A stretch of DNA of 63,972 bases, counting the filler, from Klebsormidium nitens (lineage: Eukaryota > Plantae > Klebsormidiophyceae), in assembly GCA_000708835.1 (NCBI GenBank). It is 9 parts of 9 records of this genome, joined end to end, with 100 filler letters (N's around TTAATTAATTAA, not from the genome) between each part and the next. Parts side by side here need not be neighbours in the genome. Positions count along the whole stretch, not along the records: positions 51,466 to 59,815 come from DF238126.1; positions 59,916 to 62,276 come from DF238708.1; positions 62,377 to 63,972 come from DF238236.1; 6 more parts are not named here. The stretch is one strand, 5' to 3'. The notes beneath the pieces were generated by a model. The model was not told the origin of the DNA. It saw only the letters and a list, made by a program, of their open reading frames with translations, and made no database searches. The first letter of the stretch is position 1. Every line of letters starts with the position of its first letter. Shown here one piece after another: positions 59,808-63,972 of this stretch. The translations under genes were made by a program, and so were the position numbers.

Positions 59808-62379
59808 GTCTGAAGNNNNNNNNNNNNNNNNNNNNNNNNNNNNNNNNNNNNNNNNNNNNTTAATTAATTAANNNNNNNNNNNNNNNNNNNNNNNNNNNNN
59901 NNNNNNNNNNNNNNNCATTACGACTTCCATGTGCATCCGTCACGCCAAATCTGTACCACCAAGCCTTATTCAACTTTGTCTACCACAACCTGAACATTGA
60001 CACTCCGGCACCTGATAAGGCCACTACTTCGCCGTAGTTTATGTTATCTGCTACGACTACGGGCCACTCTCATGTACGCCGCGGTGGATGGCTCATCACC
60101 ATTGCGGGCGCCCACGTGCGACACTATGTGGATTGGGCTGGCCCTAAATCAGTTTCATACACAGGGCGTTGTGAGGAATTCAAAGCGAAATACCGATCAG
60201 ACATATAGGGCAAATCTAGTTTGACCCTTAACAGTGGCCAGGCAATGAAGAATTATGTTATCTGGGCAATGCAGTGGAGTGTCAAATAGCACGACTGCAT
60301 GCATGTTGTCGTTCATGAGTTTACACAATGGCATGTGCGTCTCTTGGTGCATAATCTATGCAATTTTACGACTTCTCAACCAAGAAAGTTCTCTATTTGA
60401 AGTGACTGCGAAGATGTCGGAAGGGACACCGCGAGAAATCCTCCACGACCCAGGTGGTAGGTTTCTACAAGTATGTAGTTGAGAAACTTCTCGTGATGTG
60501 ACCCGTTCGATTCAGTCAACCCCAACACTGGCACTCATCACGGGCCAGAACAAGTTGCCAGCAAATAGACCACGTAGATTACCTGGCGAAGTCGGTCTGG
60601 GAAACATAGAGTCGGGCTTTTCTCAACGGATAGAGGCCAATCAAACAGCATACTGGAAGATGCTTCCAGAGATGCGTGCCTTCGTCGACACCTTTCCCAA
60701 CGAAACTGCGCAATTCTTTATGCCAAATGTGAAGAAAAGCGTAATCGCCCCTAAGAGCCCTTCCTACTAGCTATGTGGAAGCCTTGCGGAAAGCCTCCTT
60801 CTATAAACCTGGTCAGTGTGGATATGAACGAGTATATGCTCATGCTATGGGAAGAATTCGATCCGCCCAAGCAAAGCCATTCAGGAGCGAGTCGTGAATC
60901 ACACAATTGGACACAACGAGGTTTATGCTTATGTTCTGCAGCTTGCAGGAAAATCTCCAGAGTTTTACGTTCAATGCTCCTAGTCACACCCACCCCCAGA
61001 TCTAGCTCATAAGCTCTTTCCACAACCTCAGTGACATGGGCCCAGATCATTTCGGCTTCGAAACTAGACGCTGACTTCCCTTCCCAGAGCCCCTTGCCCG
61101 CTCCCTTCATCAATGTGGGCACTAAAGGGGTGGCTCCCGCCATTGCAGCGCCCCCAAGATGCCGATTCTTACAGTGCTGGTGCCGGTGTCAAGCTAGCAA
61201 GGGCCACCAAAGAGCACAACCTCCAATGCATAACCCTGACATTGTGTACTGGCATTGTCTTAATGTGCTGCTAGCTTTTGAGAAATGCGTCACTTTCAGC
61301 TGTTGAAAAATGCAGAGCTCATTGGGTTTCTGGGATGAGGTGCTGTTTTCCTAGGCGCCTCTTGCCTTCTCAGCTGCACCTTTCAAAACCCCTGAAGTTG
61401 GCTTTTGTCTTCCCTTCGCAGTCTATCGAGACTTTAAGGGTTCATATCCTTTTAGATCCGGAATTCGGGTTCATTTTACGCGGAAATGTACAGCTTGCGG
61501 AGTCGCGGAATTTGAATAATTAGCACCCAATTTCGAAGTCTGCTCCTTGAAGAGGCAGCTCGGCAATAGCCTGCGAGAAGAGGTACGCTCCGGTCAACCA
61601 TTTTAGTCCCATGCAGATACCCTCAGCTGAGCATTGCAGAAGCGACGACGTCTCTAAAGAGCTATCAAGCTCTCAACAACGTTTACAATGCCCCATGACC
61701 CGGAAGCAACCACAATTGTGCACAAACAGAGGACCGGAGCACTGGCCATCAACTTTTGGAATGAGGTCAGGAGCTCACCACGGTCTCAAGCGCATGATGA
61801 CTCTCATGAGGAACCAGGAAAGGAGACTTCAGCGCCAAACCAGCTGCGCCTGCAATTACATGAGAAGAAACATCACTGAATACCTGATTACACTATGACA
61901 CTAGAACCGTAACTGTCATAAAATCTCATAAAATGAGGGCTTCGCCCGATGACATGTACAAACATCATTTGATGTTTTAAACATCATTGTCGATATTTAT
62001 AAAACTCTCTCGTGGGCAGATTTCAAAACGAAGTATGTTTTTGGAAAGCTCTCAACGAGCTCGTATTGAAATCAAGAATGAATATGTTAGAATATGCAGT
62101 GATAACGAGATAAACATTATTTCATCTCAAGAACATTGCTCGGGTTTAAGAGGGCCCTAGTGTAGTGCCCCGTGAACGCCACTTATTGGTCAGCACCACC
62201 GGTAACGATTTGCAGTTAGTCCGCGAGTGGGCGCGCGAGTGATACTTAGCGCGGCCACCACGAGTGAGTCCGACTTNNNNNNNNNNNNNNNNNNNNNNNN
62301 NNNNNNNNNNNNNNNNNNNNTTAATTAATTAANNNNNNNNNNNNNNNNNNNNNNNNNNNNNNNNNNNNNNNNNNNNAAG

Positions 62380-63555
62380 ATGGCGAGCCGTGATCAGGCA
62401 GCAGAGCCCGCTTTTGCAGAGCAAGCCCTCTCCAGGATGCGCTTGGGGGTGGCTGCTGCGGCAAAGGGCTCCCTTGGGTTCTCGAAGAGGGGTCATCGAG
62501 CCTTCCGCAAGCACGCAGGCAGCGTGTGCCGGAGTGTCAGGGAGCAACTGGGTTCCGCAGGCCTGTGCTGGACACGAGCTGCATGGGACGGTAGCTTAGC
62601 GGCAGCCATGACTGGCCTGCAGTTGCTGGTGAACGAACAGGATAGGAACTTGCTGGATGGGTACGACCGGGTACTCGCTGCAATTGAGCGCGCTCACCTG
62701 GAGGGGTTGAAGCAGCCAGCAGAGGCCCCCAAGACTCCAAAGCCGCCTGCCTGCTCAAGGGGCAATCCCTGGGTGTCCAAGGAGGCCGCGGGCGGTGCAG
62801 ATCAGCAGACCATCCGCTGCTCTGTGAAAATTCCCCAAGGCCGGTTGCTGCAGCTTCAGATGCCCCGCAGCGCCGACGTGAAGACCTTGAAGGGGGCAAT
62901 CTCTGCGCGCACCGCAATCCCTACCTTGGAGCAGAAGCTGGTGGCAGGAGGGAAGCCGCTTCGCGACGCCACTCAGCTTGGGGAGGCGAGCGCGGGGGAG
63001 GAGCTCAATGTGGTGGTGAACTTCGGCCTTGCTGGAGGGGCAGGTGGAGCAGACGCTGCAGGTTCCCGAGCCTTGGTAAGTCACATAACTGTGGTCGGAA
63101 CGGTGGAAGTGTCGCCCCTTGGTACTGACCGACCATCTTGATCCCGCCAGCGTCGTACCAGAAGAGGTTGTGGCAGGTGGTCGTTCAGGAAGGGTTTTGC
63201 AAGAGAGTGCTGGATGCTGGCGAGTTGCAGCTCAAAGGTGCGCTGCGTTTACTGCATGCGAGTGCAGCATCTAGTACAGTATAATTTCGCCGCATCGCTT
63301 AGCTGGTGGAATCCACTGTCATACAGGCCATGGAGGTTAGCGTTTCCCCCCGGATCAGGATCAGAAATCACAACACCGGAGAGACCTGCACACTCCGCAA
63401 CCCGCCACGTCTCTGCAAGGATGTCTTGGAACACCTCGACACGACGGAAGGCTGGGGCAGGGGAAAGCTAACGGAGACGATGGAGGGAGAGGTGATCTCC
63501 ATACCCGTCAACGACCAGGTGCCCGCTGGCAGTTACATCTTCAAGGAAGTGCAGG
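62380..63555 (+). CDS. Ubiquitin-like-domain protein (partial), exons ..62380-63075 and 63327-63555, continuing downstream
   Basis: IRCSVKIPQGR...VKTLK..I....IP..EQKLV.GGKPL.D...L...GLAGG is a ubiquitin fold. GTAAGT donor at 63076 joins in phase to catacAG at 63326. Confidence 0.7.
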
Positions 63556-63972
63556 GTGAGATACGTCTTGAGTCTCTTTCAGGCTGGACGATATTTCTGC
63601 ATCTTCATTGCATGAGCATGATCAAGCTGTCTCCAGAAAATTGGCATAAGGGAGAACCGCATTAGCGACTCTGAACACGAGTTGCCTGAGGCCCTTTCTC
63701 TGCCCTCTTTCAAAAGCATCGGACCACCTTTTCTTTCAACCATTACAAGTTGTTTCGACCACAATGGGACAGGGAGGAGCAGGTTCAGCCATCAGGTAGT
63801 CCACGTCACTTGCTTTGCGTATCTGGGAGTCTGGGAGTCGAAGGTAGCAGAATGTTGCGTGAGGCATTAGAGCAGCATTCACTGAGATTTTCACCAAAGT
63901 CAGACCCGTGCGGTTGCTTTCGTGCATGCCTGCGGTTGGGCAGAGTGCGGGAGCTTTCTGGTTGACGGTAGA

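Noticed and set aside
60498-61143. Convergent short ORFs possibly from a transposase remnant
   Set aside because: No diagnostic motif recognised.

Overview
Eukaryotic nuclear DNA, most likely from a streptophyte green alga of the Klebsormidium type (inferred from the gene set, intron style and codon usage; not verified). It consists of 10 contigs joined by eight artificial 100-bp N/TTAATTAATTAA/N linkers and one 20-N gap, so adjacency across gaps is uncertain. The first ~27 kb holds ordinary intron-containing host genes: a hypothetical protein, a dienelactone hydrolase, a YCF37-like plastid protein head-to-head with RPL10, and an ankyrin-less CbbX/SpoVK-type AAA+ ATPase. The rest is a dense mobile and virus-derived zone: nested Ty1/copia remnants, a UL9-like origin-binding helicase, a DIRS/Ngaro-type retroelement, an intron-split Prim-Pol primase, a Nucleocytoviricota-like cassette (GT25 pseudogene, VLTF2, SNF2-like helicase) and a KDZ transposase. 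The most striking part is an intact, intronless ~6.5-kb module on a single contig (52.8-59.4 kb). It encodes a Prim-Pol/D5 primase-helicase, a small basic protein, an apparently active Polinton-like-virus-type tyrosine recombinase, a tandem paralog lacking the catalytic residues, and an MC1-like DNA-architecture protein. It also carries a palindrome-bearing tandem array and an 11-6-11 inverted-arm site. No capsid or packaging ATPase gene is visible, so it may be a capsid-less integrative replicon. Each of the three replication genes in the window has its own palindrome-containing repeat array on its 3' side. All family calls are motif recognition from the translations; no database search was run.
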